Under the pieces are notes generated by a model. That model did not search any database and was not told the origin of the DNA. It saw only the letters and a list, made by a program, of their open reading frames with translations. Made by a program: the position numbers and the translations under genes. From Candidatus Campbellbacteria bacterium (GTDB taxonomy: Bacteria > Patescibacteriota > Minisyncoccia > Phycocordibacterales > GCA-2747955), in NCBI GenBank assembly GCA_947311625.1, contig CAMZKW010000001.1, positions 15,776-79,775 of the forward strand: 64,000 nt of DNA, written 5' to 3'. Positions 43,125 to 53,557 of this stretch are shown here, one piece after another. Every line of letters begins with the position of its first letter. The first letter of the stretch is position 1.

Positions 43125-43427
43125 ATGACGACAGTGGCAGAATTAGCAGAGTTGGCTGGTGGGCATCTGAGAATTGGGAAATACCTCAATAAAAATCCAG
43201 AAGTTCTTTCGGAATTTTTGGAAGGTGAGACAGAGGCCTCACAGGTGAGAGAATTTGCCGTGACATATTTAGCGGATTACAACAAATTATATTCAGAGGC
43301 TATGGATAGAGTGAAATTTCTCTCTTTTTTTAGAAAAGAAGGAAGTCCTGTATTGAGTAAGATTGAAAATGGCATTGCTATGAAAAATCCCATAGAGACT
43401 TTTGGATATAAATATGTTCCTCCATAG
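43125..43427 (+). CDS. orphan 100-aa protein, SD-led, TAG stop
   Basis: aaaggagtatactATG. GC-richer composition. Confidence 0.5.
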   Translation: MTTVAELAELAGGHLRIGKYLNKNPEVLSEFLEGETEASQVREFAVTYLADYNKLYSEAMDRVKFLSFFRKEGSPVLSKIENGIAMKNPIETFGYKYVPP

Positions 43428-43511
43428 GGGATGGAGGATGCTGTTCCTAAAGGAGAGGAACATTTTTAAGGAAAATTATTCCTTGAAGGCACTTTTTAAT
43501 TAAGTGTCTTT

Positions 43512-43590
43512 TTTTTTCGGCTGAAATTTTATTTAGAAAAAGTAGCGGCGTAGCCGCTACTTTTTCTAAATAAAATTTCAGCCGAAAAAA
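43512..43590. repeat. 79-nt perfect hairpin: 38-bp stem with a gta loop
   Basis: ttttttcggctgaaattttatttagaaaaagtagcggc / gta / exact reverse complement. The core gcggc-gta-gccgc is shared with 3368 and 3854. Confidence 0.85.
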
Positions 43591-43611
43591 TATCTATGAT
43601 ATAATTCTAAA

Positions 43612-45099
43612 ATGACAGAAAAAAAATTAGATGAAAATTTTGTAATTTCAGAAAAAACTGGAAAAAAATATTTTCCAACCATTGGCCTTGAAATTCATGC
43701 AGAATTAGATACAAAATCAAAAATGTTTTGCTCCTGTGAAAATAATCCTTTTGCATCGGAACCTAACACAAATATTTGTGAGGTTTGTATGGCTCATCCG
43801 GGAACTTTACCCGTTGTAAACAAAGAAGCAGTTAAGTCAGTTCTAAAAGTTTCTATTGCAATAAATGGGGATATGGCAGACTTTTCAGAATTTGATAGAA
43901 AAAATTATTTTTACCCAGATATTCCAAAGGCTTATCAAATTTCTCAATTTAAGTATCCTTTAAATTCGAATGGAGAATTGGCAGGAGTAAAGATTACCAG
44001 AATACATTTAGAAGAGGATACAGCTTCTTCATCACATAAAGGAGATATTTCTCTAGTTGATTTCAACAGAGCAGGAGTTCCTTTGATGGAGTTAGTTACT
44101 GAGCCAGTAATTTATAATGCAGATACTGCAATGAATTTTGGAAAAGAATTACAATTACTTTTAAGAACATTGGGTGTCTCCCATGCAAATCTTGAAAAAG
44201 GGGAAATGAGAATTGAAGCTAATGTTTCTGTTTCCGAAGATGGAAATTTTGAAATGTTGGAGGGTGATTTTTCAAAACTCGGTGTAAAAACTGAAGTTAA
44301 AAATTTAAATTCATTTAAGATTGTTGGTGCTGCCATAGACTTTGAAATTAAAAGGCAAATTAAAGCTTTAGAATCTGGAGAAGAAATTGTTCAGGAAACA
44401 AGGGGTTGAGATGAAAATAAATCAGCAACATTTTCCCAAAGAAAAAAAGAAAATTCTGATGATTATAGATATTTTCCAGACCCAGATATTCCAAAGTATA
44501 AAATTTCTAAAATTGAAGAATTTTCAGAGGAAAATTTAAAAAAGGAAATCCCAGAATTACCTTGGGAAAAAAGAGAAAGATATCAAAATGATTTTGGATT
44601 AAATTTAGACCAAATTGAATTCTTTTTGCAAAATCCAAAATATGACAATCTATTTTCAAATACAACTAAATCTTTAAAAGAAGAAAAATCATTTAAATTA
44701 GCCTCTAATTATATATCCACTGTTATCACTGGTCTAGAAAAAAATGAGGAAGGTGAATTTTCTAATTTTACTGAAAATAATATTGTAGATTTAATTAATA
44801 TGATTAATGAAGGGGAGTTATCATCAAGGGGTGCAAAAGATGTTTTGGGAATTATTTTTAAAGAAAAGGGTAATACTAAAAAGATTGCTCAAGAAAAAGG
44901 ATTTATTCAAAAATCAGATCCAGAAGAAATGAAAAAAATTCTTGAAAAAATTTTGGAGGAAAATCCAACTCAGGTTGAATCATATAAAAAAGGAGAAGAA
45001 AAACTTTTACAATTTTTTGTTGGTCAAGGAATGAAAGCAACTCAGGGTTCTGCTAATCCAGGACTTTTAGCAAAACTTTTAAAAGAACTACTTAGTTAG
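43612..45099 (+). CDS. gatB: Asp/Glu-tRNA amidotransferase subunit B, 495 aa, one in-frame TGA
   Basis: IGLEIHAEL, CEVCMAHPGTLP, ETRG-W-DE...DYRYFPDPDIP. Confidence 0.9.
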
Positions 45100-45137
45100 T
45101 TTTTTTATATATAATAAAAAATGTTATAATTTGTTTT

Positions 45138-45674
45138 ATGATTGAAGTACCATTGAATTGAATTTTTATAAATCCAGCAATAGATATTTTTATTTTTATT
45201 TTTATATCCTATTTATTTTTATTTAGGTATTATAAAATGCTTTTAGATAAAAATTTCAAAAAGATTTCTTGAATTGATTTAGAAGTATCAATTATTTTTA
45301 TAGCACTTGGATATTTAAATTATTCAGAAATAACTATAAATATTTTTAATTTTAAAACTGATTGATTTTTTACAGTTATTTTTATTCAATTAATAATTGA
45401 AACTATTTTTATATTTATATATTGAAAATATTTTAAAATATATTTAGAAAAAATAAAAAAAACTTCAGAAATTATTGAAGAAGAAAATCTAGAAAAAACA
45501 ATTTCAGAATTAAAAACAATACAGAATTTATTGGAAGATGATTTAAATAAATATAAAATACAGGGAAATAAAAATTCTATTGATAAAATGTCTAGTGAAG
45601 TTGAAAAAATTGAAGTAGAAATTTTAAAACTTCAAAAAAAATTGAGAAATTTGAAAAAGAAAAAAAATGATTAA
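45138..45674 (+). CDS. membrane protein with coiled-coil tail, 178 aa, four in-frame TGA
   Basis: Hand translation. Overlaps the next gene by 8 nt. Confidence 0.35.
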
Positions 45675-46563
45675 AAAAAATAAAAATTGTTTGTCGGAAA
45701 ATTTTGAATTTAAAAAAAATATTCCAAAAAAGAAAAAATGTTCTGAATATTTTGGAACTTTAACTCTATGAAAGGAAGTAGGGGAGACACCTTTGCAGGT
45801 TATTGAAAATTTTAAAGAAGAAAATCCAAAATATAAAAATTTAAAATTTGCCTATGCTGGAAGATTAGACCCTATGGCAGAAGGAAAACTTTTAATTTTA
45901 GTTGGTGATACCTGTAAAGAAAGAGAAAAATATTTAAATTTAGATAAAGAATATGAATTTGAAATTTTACTTGGTTTTAAGTCAGATACAAAGGATATTT
46001 TAGGGTTAGCTAAAAAAAATGATTGATACACAACTTGAATTAAGAAAAATTGATTTCAAAAGGAATTGAAAAAATATATTGGAAAAATAAATTTAGAATA
46101 CCCTGTTTTTTCTTCAAGAACAGTTAAAAATAAACCGTTATTTTTATGAGCTTTAGAGGGAAGATTGAATGAGATAGAAATTCCCAGAAAAGAATCTGAA
46201 ATTTATGATTTAAAATTAATTTCTAAAAAAAGAATTTCTAGTGCTTTTTTGGAAAAAGAAATTTTGAGAAAAATTTCCTTACCCAAGGAGGTAAAAGAAG
46301 AGAGTAAAGATTTGGGAGAAAATTTTAGAAGGGATAAAATTATTCCTCACTGAAAAAAACTTTTTGAAAAAGAAAAAGAAAAAGACTTTCTTTTATTGAA
46401 AATTAAAGCTAATGTTTCCAGTGGAACTTATATGAGAACTTTGGCGGAAAAAATTGCCGATGAAATTTTAGAAGATTATGGTTTAGCTTTTTCAATAAAA
46501 AGAACAAAAATAGGAAAAGTTAAAAAAATAGGAAAATTTATTTATTGAAATAAAACTTATTAA
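45667..46563 (+). CDS. TruB-family tRNA pseudouridine synthase, 298 aa, seven in-frame TGA
   Basis: AYAGRLDPMAEGKLLILVGDTCK, YEFEILLGFKSDTKDILG, GKINLEYPVFSS, SGTYMRTLA. Confidence 0.6.
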
Positions 46564-46617
46564 ACCTTGTTTTTTTTATTTTTTTTGTTATAATATGATA
46601 ACTTAATTAATAAAAAT

Positions 46618-46773
46618 ATGTCACAATTACACTTGGTAAAAATCAAATCAACAGAATCAAATGATGTTATTTGAACAAAAAGAAATAAAAAGCAAGTACC
46701 AAACAAACTAGCTTTAAAGAAATTTGATAAAACATTAAGAAAGCATGTTTTATATAAAGAAATGAAAAAATAA
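46618..46773 (+). CDS. rpmG: ribosomal protein L33, one in-frame TGA
   Basis: MSQLHLVKIKSTESNDVI-W-TKRNKKQVPNKLALKKFDKTLRKHVLYKEMKK. The antisense track ORF 46560..46781 is spurious. Confidence 0.75.
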
Positions 46774-46802
46774 TTTTTCATTTTTTTTATTTCTATAAAA
46801 TA

Positions 46803-46850
46803 AAAAGACTACGAGATAAATTGCTATAGCAATTTATCTCGTAGTCTTTT
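46803..46850. terminator. 22-bp perfect hairpin after rpmG
   Basis: aaaagactacgagataaattgc/tata/gcaatttatctcgtagtctttt. Confidence 0.7.
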
Positions 46851-46885
46851 TATTATCTTTTTTATAGTGTATAATGTTTTTTATT

Positions 46886-46956
46886 GGGGAGTTAGTTAAA
46901 TGGTATAACCGCGGTCTCCAAAACCGCTATTAGAAGTTCGATTCTTCTACTCCTCG
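46886..46956 (+). tRNA. tRNA-Trp(CCA)
   Basis: ggggagt ta gtta aatggtat aac c gcggt ctCCAaa accgc ... discriminator G. Confidence 0.8.
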
Positions 46957-46999
46957 CAAAAATAAAAATATACTATTTTTTTAGTGTATTTTTTATTTG

Positions 47000-47070
47000 C
47001 TACCAGACAGGGGATCGAACCCCGATTAACGGTACCAAAAACCGTTGTCCTACCATTAGACGATCTGGTA
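47000..47070 (-). tRNA. tRNA-Gln(UUG)
   Basis: taccaga...acggt ttTTGgt accgt...; the U1:A72 pair is typical of tRNA-Gln. Confidence 0.75.
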
Positions 47071-47168
47071 ATACTTTTTTAAAGTGAAAGTATTTTAACA
47101 TTTTTTATTTAAAAAATAAAGAGAAAAAAAATATAAATTTTATTTAAAATTTATATTTTTTACTTTTG

Positions 47169-47239
47169 CAGGCGATGGGGGAATCGAACCCACAACGACG
47201 GTTTTGAAGACCGTAGTTTTACCGTTAAACTAATCGCCT
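47169..47239 (-). tRNA. tRNA(UCA) with Trp-like identity; reads UGA
   Basis: aggcgat ta gttt aacggta aaac t acggt ctTCAaa accgt ... atcgcct g. A1:U72 plus G73 as in bacterial tRNA-Trp. The anticodon arm nearly matches that of the CCA tRNA. Confidence 0.8.
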
Positions 47240-47299
47240 AGATAATTAGTATTTTAACATAAATTTATTTTTTTGTTAATTGTATGATATCATTATTAA

Positions 47300-47842
47300 A
47301 TGATAGAAAACTTTGAACTAAATAAAAATTTATTTTATTGAATAAACTCTTTTGCTGGAAAAAATGATTTTTTGGATAAATTATTTGTATTTTTAGCAGA
47401 AGATTTAATATATATATTAATATTTTTATTTATAATATATTTTTCTAAACAAATTTGAAGAGATAAAAAGATTGAATTAATTGAATTTATAATTTATTTT
47501 TCAACATCAATTTTAGCATGAATTATGGCAAAGATTATAAAAATATCTTTTCCCACAGAAAGACCATTTTCAGCACTTGAGAGTGTTGTGAAATTAAGTA
47601 ATGAATCAATAATGTCTTCTTTTCCATCGGGTCATTCAACTTTATCTTTTGCTTTGGCAGTTTCAGTGTTAATTTATAATAAAAAAATTGGAATATTATT
47701 TTTAGCCTTAGCTTTTTTGATTGCAATTTCAAGATCTTTAGTTGGGGTTCATTATCCTCTAGATACAATTGTAGGTGCTATTTTGGGTATTTTGATTGCA
47801 TTAGCGTTAGGTAATTATTTAAAAAATAAATATGTAAAATAA
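47300..47842 (+). CDS. PAP2-family phosphatase (undecaprenyl-diphosphatase-like), 180 aa, three in-frame TGA
   Basis: SFPSGHS ... SRSLVGVHYPLD. Confidence 0.75.
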
Positions 47843-47875
47843 AATAAGAGCGCGCCGAAGGCGCGCTCTTATTTT
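47841..47875. terminator. hairpin aaaataagagcgcgcc/gaa/ggcgcgctcttatttt (inverted copy of the 28935-type core)
   Basis: 16-bp stem with A/T flanks. Probably bidirectional. Confidence 0.7.
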
Positions 47876-47904
47876 AATTTTATCTACTATGTTATAATAG
47901 AAAT

Positions 47905-48666
47905 ATGAAAGATATTTTAGATAAAGTAGAAATAATTTATGAAGATGAAAATATTTTAGCAATTTCAAAACCGGTAGGTTTGATTGTTCATTCCGATGGA
48001 AAAACAAAAGATTTAACTTTAGTTGATTGAATATTAGAAAAATACCCTGAAATTAAAGAAGTTGGAGAGCCTATGTCTATAAATACAGGGGATGTTATTT
48101 GAAGACCGGGAATAGTTCACAGGTTAGATAAAGATACATCGGGAGTTTTACTTATCGCTAAAACACAAGAATCTTTTGATGATTTGAAAGAGCAATTTAA
48201 AAATAGATTAACGCAAAAGACCTATAGAGCTTTTGTCTATGGAGATGTTAGATATGACCAAAAAACTATTAATACACCCATTGGTCGTTCTAAAACTGAT
48301 TTTAGAAGATGGGCAACAACTAGAGAAATTCGTGGAGAAGCTCGTGAAGCAGAAACAGAATTTAAAGCATTAATAAAAAATAAAAAAATATCATACATAG
48401 AAGTATATCCAAAGACAGGGAGAACTCATCAAATTAGAGTTCATATGAAATATGATAATCACCCCTTGGTGGCAGACCATTTATATGCGGGGAGAAATTT
48501 TGATAGAGAAAGTCCAGAAAAGAATTTATTTTTTACAACCCAGGCACTCCATGCTTACAAAATAGAATGAAATGATTTGAAAGGTGAAAGGATGGAAATT
48601 AAGGCCCCGCTCCCAAAATCTTTCTTAAAAGGGGAAGAGATTTTAAGAAAAAAAGAAAAAAACTAA
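47905..48666 (+). CDS. RluA-family pseudouridine synthase, 253 aa, three in-frame TGA
   Basis: ILAISKPVGLIVH, HRLDKDTSGVLLIAKT, GRTHQIRVH. Confidence 0.8.
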
Positions 48667-48678
48667 AAAATAGTTTTT

Positions 48679-49050
48679 TTATATTCCTACTCCTGAGTAT
48701 AGAAGTTGGAATCCACCAGGTCCTATTGGGCAAACCCCGGCGTGACAAGGTATAGCACAAGGGACATAGACATAAGAGGCTAATCCAAGTAAAGGCTGTT
48801 TAGGGTGTGCTGGTGGTCCATAGGAATAAGGAAATGAACCTCCTCAGACAAAGGATGTAGTAAGAGTTCCAACACCAGTAGCACCATTAACTGTTATTAT
48901 GTTAATTGATGGTGGTAAAAGGCATGCTGGATTATAGTATGTTATAATTCCACCTGCTTTCGGCAAGAGAAGAGCTGCTGCCGCATCTGGTTCTTGGGGA
49001 TTATAACTTATTAGTAAAATAAAAATTAAAATTATAATTATCTTTTTCAT
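48679..49050 (-). CDS. secreted Gly/Pro/Cys-rich small protein, 123 aa, one in-frame TGA
   Basis: Signal-like MKKIIIILIFILLISY. The mature part is GC-rich (PKAGG, GPPAHP, CAIPCHAGVCPIGPGG). Confidence 0.45.
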
Positions 49051-49096
49051 ATAAAAATTATATCATATATTTATTATATGATATAATTTTTATATG
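49048..49096. promoter_or_regulatory. 49-bp perfect palindrome holding two divergent tgatataat boxes and both ATG start codons
   Basis: catataaaaattatatcatata / tttat / tatatgatataatttttatatg. Each -10 ends 6 nt before its ATG. Confidence 0.7.
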
Positions 49097-50062
49097 TTTA
49101 AAAAAGAAAATTTAATAAAAAATATTATATATATCATTATTATTTTAATTTTGTTATGGCTTATATATTTAAATTTTAATAAAACTAAAACTTTCCAAAA
49201 ATTAGAAAAGACTTTGGTAGAAAAAGAAAAGATTGATATTTTAATAAATTATAACCAGAAAGATAGGGATGGTGATGGGTTAAAAGATTGGCAAGAAATT
49301 TTGTATAAGACAAATTTAGATTTAATTGATACGGATGATGATGGTATCTCAGATTTTGATGAAATAGAGCAAAATAAGGACCCATTAGTTTTTGGAGATG
49401 GTATTGAAGATGAGATAAAGAAAATTAAAAAAACTAAAAATAATGTTATTGGTATTAAAGAACAAAAAGAAGAGTTAAATAGGTATAAAAAAATAATAGC
49501 AGAAAAGGAAAGAGAGAGATTCGAAACATATCTTGAAAATAACAATATTAATATTAGTTCAAAGAAAAAAGAAAAAGAAGACTTTAAAAAAAAAAGAAAT
49601 AAAAAAGTTAAACAAGATTTAAATAATATGGCAGATTCTATAATTCCGTATCTGAATAACTTATCAAGAAACAATATTACTTATCTTTCAAAAATGTTTA
49701 CTTATTTTTCAGAAAAAAAAGATATGCTTAATCAAAAAGATGTGGAGGAATATCAGAAAATATTAAATAATTATTATTTAATATTTAAATCTTTAGAAAA
49801 ATTAGATATAAAGGATTCAACATTAAAAAAATTAAATCAAGAATACTCTTTAAGTTATAAGAATTTATCAGATAATATAAAGTATTTTTTAGAAAATTCT
49901 GAAAAAATATCAAAAAAAGATTATTTAAAATGAGTTGAAGATTATGGAAAAAATATAAAGAAAGTTTCAGTGAGTAGAAAAAAAATTTATTTTTTAATTA
50001 ATTCCTATGGAATAAAATTTTCTAATTATGATAGTGGAAAAATGTTTGATTATAAAATTTAA
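49094..50062 (+). CDS. membrane-anchored protein with DxDxDG calcium-binding-like repeats, 322 aa, one in-frame TGA
   Basis: DRDGDGLKDWQE and DTDDDGISDFDE. Confidence 0.4.
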
Positions 50063-50094
50063 TTTTTTTACAAAAAATACTAATATAATTATAT

Positions 50095-51003
50095 GTGAAA
50101 ATTTTTAGAAAAAAAACTAAAAAAAAATATTCTAATTCTATAATTATTATTGATAAAAAATCAGGTATTACATCTCATGATGAAGTGTATAATTTACGAA
50201 GAATTTTAGAAAATAAAAAAATAGGACACTCAGGGACTCTAGACCCAAAAGTGACAGGGATTTTAGTTATGGGGATTGGAAAAGGATTAAAAATTTTAGA
50301 ATATATGCTTTTATCTGAAAAAATTTACGATGCTGAATTTCTTTTTCATCAAAAAATTTCCCAAGAAAAATTTGAAAAAACTAGAAGAGAGTTTTTAGGA
50401 AAAATTTCTCAACTTCCACCAGTAAAATCTTCTGTAAAAAGAGAGGTGAGAGAGCGAGAAATTTATGATTTAAAAATTTTAGATTTTGATAAAAATAATC
50501 GTTGAGTAAAATTACGAACGGCCGTAGAAAGGGGGACGTATATTCGAAAACTAGCCCATGATATGGGGGAAAAAATTGGAGTTATAATTTCCATGGGAGA
50601 TTTAAGGAGAATACAAGTTGGAAAATTTTCTGAAAAAAATTCAAATTTTATAACTTCAAGTATTTTGAGAAAAAAATTTAAAAGGTTTTATGGAACAAAA
50701 TGTTTGGGAAAGAAGATATTTTATTATTTTGATTTAAAAAAGTATTTTTATTCTATGGAAGATTTTTTTGCGAGGGAAAATAAATTTCAAAAAGTTTTTA
50801 TAAAAAAAGAATCTCTGAAATATGTTTTAGCAGGAAATTCCATTAGATGAAAAAATTTAGAAAATAAAAATATAGAAAAAAATGAATTGAATGCAATTTT
50901 TTATAAAAATAAAGTTATTGGAATTGGAAAAATAATGGAAGAAAATTTTGAAGATAAAAATAATGAAATTGAAATTATAAAAATTAAAAAACTCTTGGTT
51001 TAA
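50095..51003 (+). CDS. Cbf5/archaeal-type TruB pseudouridine synthase with PUA-like C-terminus, GTG start, two in-frame TGA
   Basis: IIIDKKSGITSHD, KKIGHSGTLDPKVTGILVMGIG, GTYIRKLAHD. Confidence 0.6.
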
Positions 51004-51015
51004 TTTTGAAATAAA

Positions 51016-51045
51016 AAAGAGGCGCGCGGAGCGCGCCTCTTTTTT
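51016..51045. terminator. hairpin aaaagaggcgcgc/gga/gcgcgcctctttt
   Basis: 13-bp stem plus a T-run. Confidence 0.7.
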
Positions 51046-51061
51046 ATGATATAATTAAAAA

Positions 51062-52777
51062 ATGAATTTTGAAGATAAATACTCTATTTTTAAACCCGAT
51101 GAAAAAAAATTAAAAATTCTCAAAGAAACTTTTTCTCCTTTTTTATCAAAATTACTTTTAGCAAGAAATATAGAAACAAAAAAAGATGCCGAAGATTTTT
51201 TAAATATTTCATGGGACAATATTTTAGACCCATTTTTATTTTCTGATATGGAAAAAGTAGTAAAAAGAATATTAGATGGAATTCAAAATAATGAAAAAAT
51301 TGTTATTTTTTCTGATTATGATGCTGATGGAGTTCCTGGAGGAGTAGCTCTATATGATTTTTTTCAAAAAATAAAATATGAAAATTTTACAAATTATATT
51401 CCCGATAGAAATAAAGAAGGTTTTGGGTTAAATTTTGATATTATAGAAAAATGAAAAAAAGAAAAAGTTAATTTGGTTATAACAATTGACTGTGGAATTG
51501 CCGATGTGAAAGAGGCAAAAAAAATGAAAGAATATTCTATAGATTTAATTATCACAGATCATCACAAGGGAAAATCTGAGCTACCAGAATCCATTGGTAT
51601 TATAAATCATCAAAGTGATGATGATTATCCAGAAAAATTTCTCTGCGGAGCGGGAACTATTTTTAAAGTAATTCAAGCTTTAATAATTAAAGGAAAAGAG
51701 AGAAAAATTCCTAGTTTTTTAATTATTCAACACGGTTGAGAAAAGTGACTTCTTGATATAGTGGGAATAGCTACAATTTGCGATATGGTTCCACTGAAAG
51801 GGGAAAATAGAGTTCTGGCTCATTATGGAAAATTAGTTATTGGAAAAAGCCAAAGGGATGGACTTTTAGCAATTTTATCTGCCGGAGGATTAAATAAAAA
51901 TAAAATTTCTTGTCAGGATATTGCTTTTACATTGGGTCCAAGAATTAATGCTGCTGGAAGATTGGAACATCCAGATTTTGCATTTAATACTCTAGCAAAA
52001 AGAGGGGTAAAAGGTATATCTTTTGCAAAAGAATTGGAAAGAATAAATAGGAAAAGAAAAACTTCTATGGCTGTTATTATGCGTTCAGTTTATTCAAGGT
52101 TGGATAAAAGAGAGATTAGAAAAGTTGTAGTTATTGGAGACAAAGAATGATCTCTTGGAATTGTGGGATTGATTGCTTCAAAAATTTCTGAAAAATATTC
52201 CGTGCCAGCTTTTGTTTGGAGTGAGTTTGATAAAAATACCGTTAAAGGCTCTGTTCGATCCAACGGTGAGGTTTCAATTCATTCTTTAATGAGCGAAACA
52301 GCTGATGCTTTTAGTTCTTTTGGAGGCCATGAAATGGCCGGTGGTTTTGAAGTGGAATTTTCAAAAATTCATTTTCTTGAAAAAAAATTATCAGATAATT
52401 ATGATAAAGCTAAAAAAGTTGAAAAGCCTATTAAAAAAATAGATGTAAAAATTTCTCTGGATGATATAAATATTTTAAATATGAAAGAAATGAAAAAACT
52501 TGCTCCTTTTGGGATGGGTAATGAAGCACCTATATTTTTGTTAGAAAATATTGAGATTTTTAAAATAAGAATTTTTGGAAAAAATTCTGAACACTTAGAA
52601 TTAACTTTTAAAAATTCAAAAGGGCAGTGAATAAATGCAATAAAATTCTTTTATCCAGAATATTTTGGAGATAGAGAATTTAAAGAAGAAGAAAAAATTA
52701 ATTTGGTTTGTGTTATGGAGGAGAATAATTTTTTAGGGAATACAAAAATACAATTGAAAATTGAAGATATTTTTTAA
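51062..52777 (+). CDS. recJ: single-stranded-DNA exonuclease RecJ, 571 aa, five in-frame TGA
   Basis: IFSDYDADGV, ITIDCGI, IITDHH, GIATICDMVPL, GGHEMAGG. Four track ORFs share one frame. Confidence 0.85.
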
Positions 52778-52868
52778 GTTATTTTTATTTAAAAAAATTT
52801 AAAAAAGTTAAAAAGAATGTGTCTTTGAATTAACATTAAAAAAATTTAAAAAATGATATAATAAAAAT

Positions 52869-53539
52869 ATGTTAACTTTTCACATAGTAACTTTGTTTCC
52901 AGAAATGTTTGATTCTTATTTAAGTGAATCAATTTTGAAAAAAGCTATTAAAAATAAAAAAATTTCAGTTAAATTTTATAATCCAAGAAATTTTGCTAAG
53001 CCATCAAAAAATCAGGAACTTCTAGAACCTATAGATGATAAGCCTTTTGGTGGTGGAGTCGGTATGGTGTTAAAAGCAGAGTTTTATTTAAAAGCAATAA
53101 AAAAAGCTTTAGGAAAAAAGAAAAATTTTGAGATAATATATTTTTCTCCAAGGGGTAAAAAATTTGATACAGCTATGGCAAAAGAAATTGCAAAAGAAAA
53201 TAAAAAAAATGAAATTAGAGATTTAATTTTAGTTTCAGCAAGGTATGAAGGGTTTGATTCTAGGGTTGAAGATATTTATCCAGGAAAGAGAATTTCCATT
53301 GGCGACTATGTTTTAACTGGAGGGGAATTACCATCAATGATTTTAATTGATTCAATTTCAAGGCAAATAGACGGTGTGTTGGGGAATATAGAATCTCTAG
53401 AGGAAGAGAGAATTTCTGCAGGAAAGTTTTATACAAGACCAGCAATTTTAAAATGAAAAAAAAAAGAATATAAAGTTCCTGAAGTTTTACTTTCTGGAAA
53501 TCATAAAAAAATAGAAGAATGAAAAAAAAAAAATTCTTA
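52869..53539 (+). CDS. trmD: tRNA (m1G37) methyltransferase TrmD, with a frame change inside an A8 run
   Basis: FHIVTLFPEMF, GGGVGMVLK, YEGFDSRV, LTGGELP, YTRP are in frame 1. The conserved VPEVLLSGNHKKIEEW lies in another frame after A8 at 53457..53464. Confidence 0.75.
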
Positions 53540-53557
53540 GTTTTATAATTAAAATAT

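Noticed and set aside
46560-46781. 73-aa minus-strand ORF
   Set aside because: The plus strand encodes a clear L33 when TGA is read as Trp.
46886-47239. UGA=Gly (code 25), as reported for Gracilibacteria and Absconditabacteria
   Set aside because: TGA codons align with invariant Trp in L2, L4, SecY, EF-Tu and MraZ. The UCA tRNA also has Trp-type acceptor and discriminator features.
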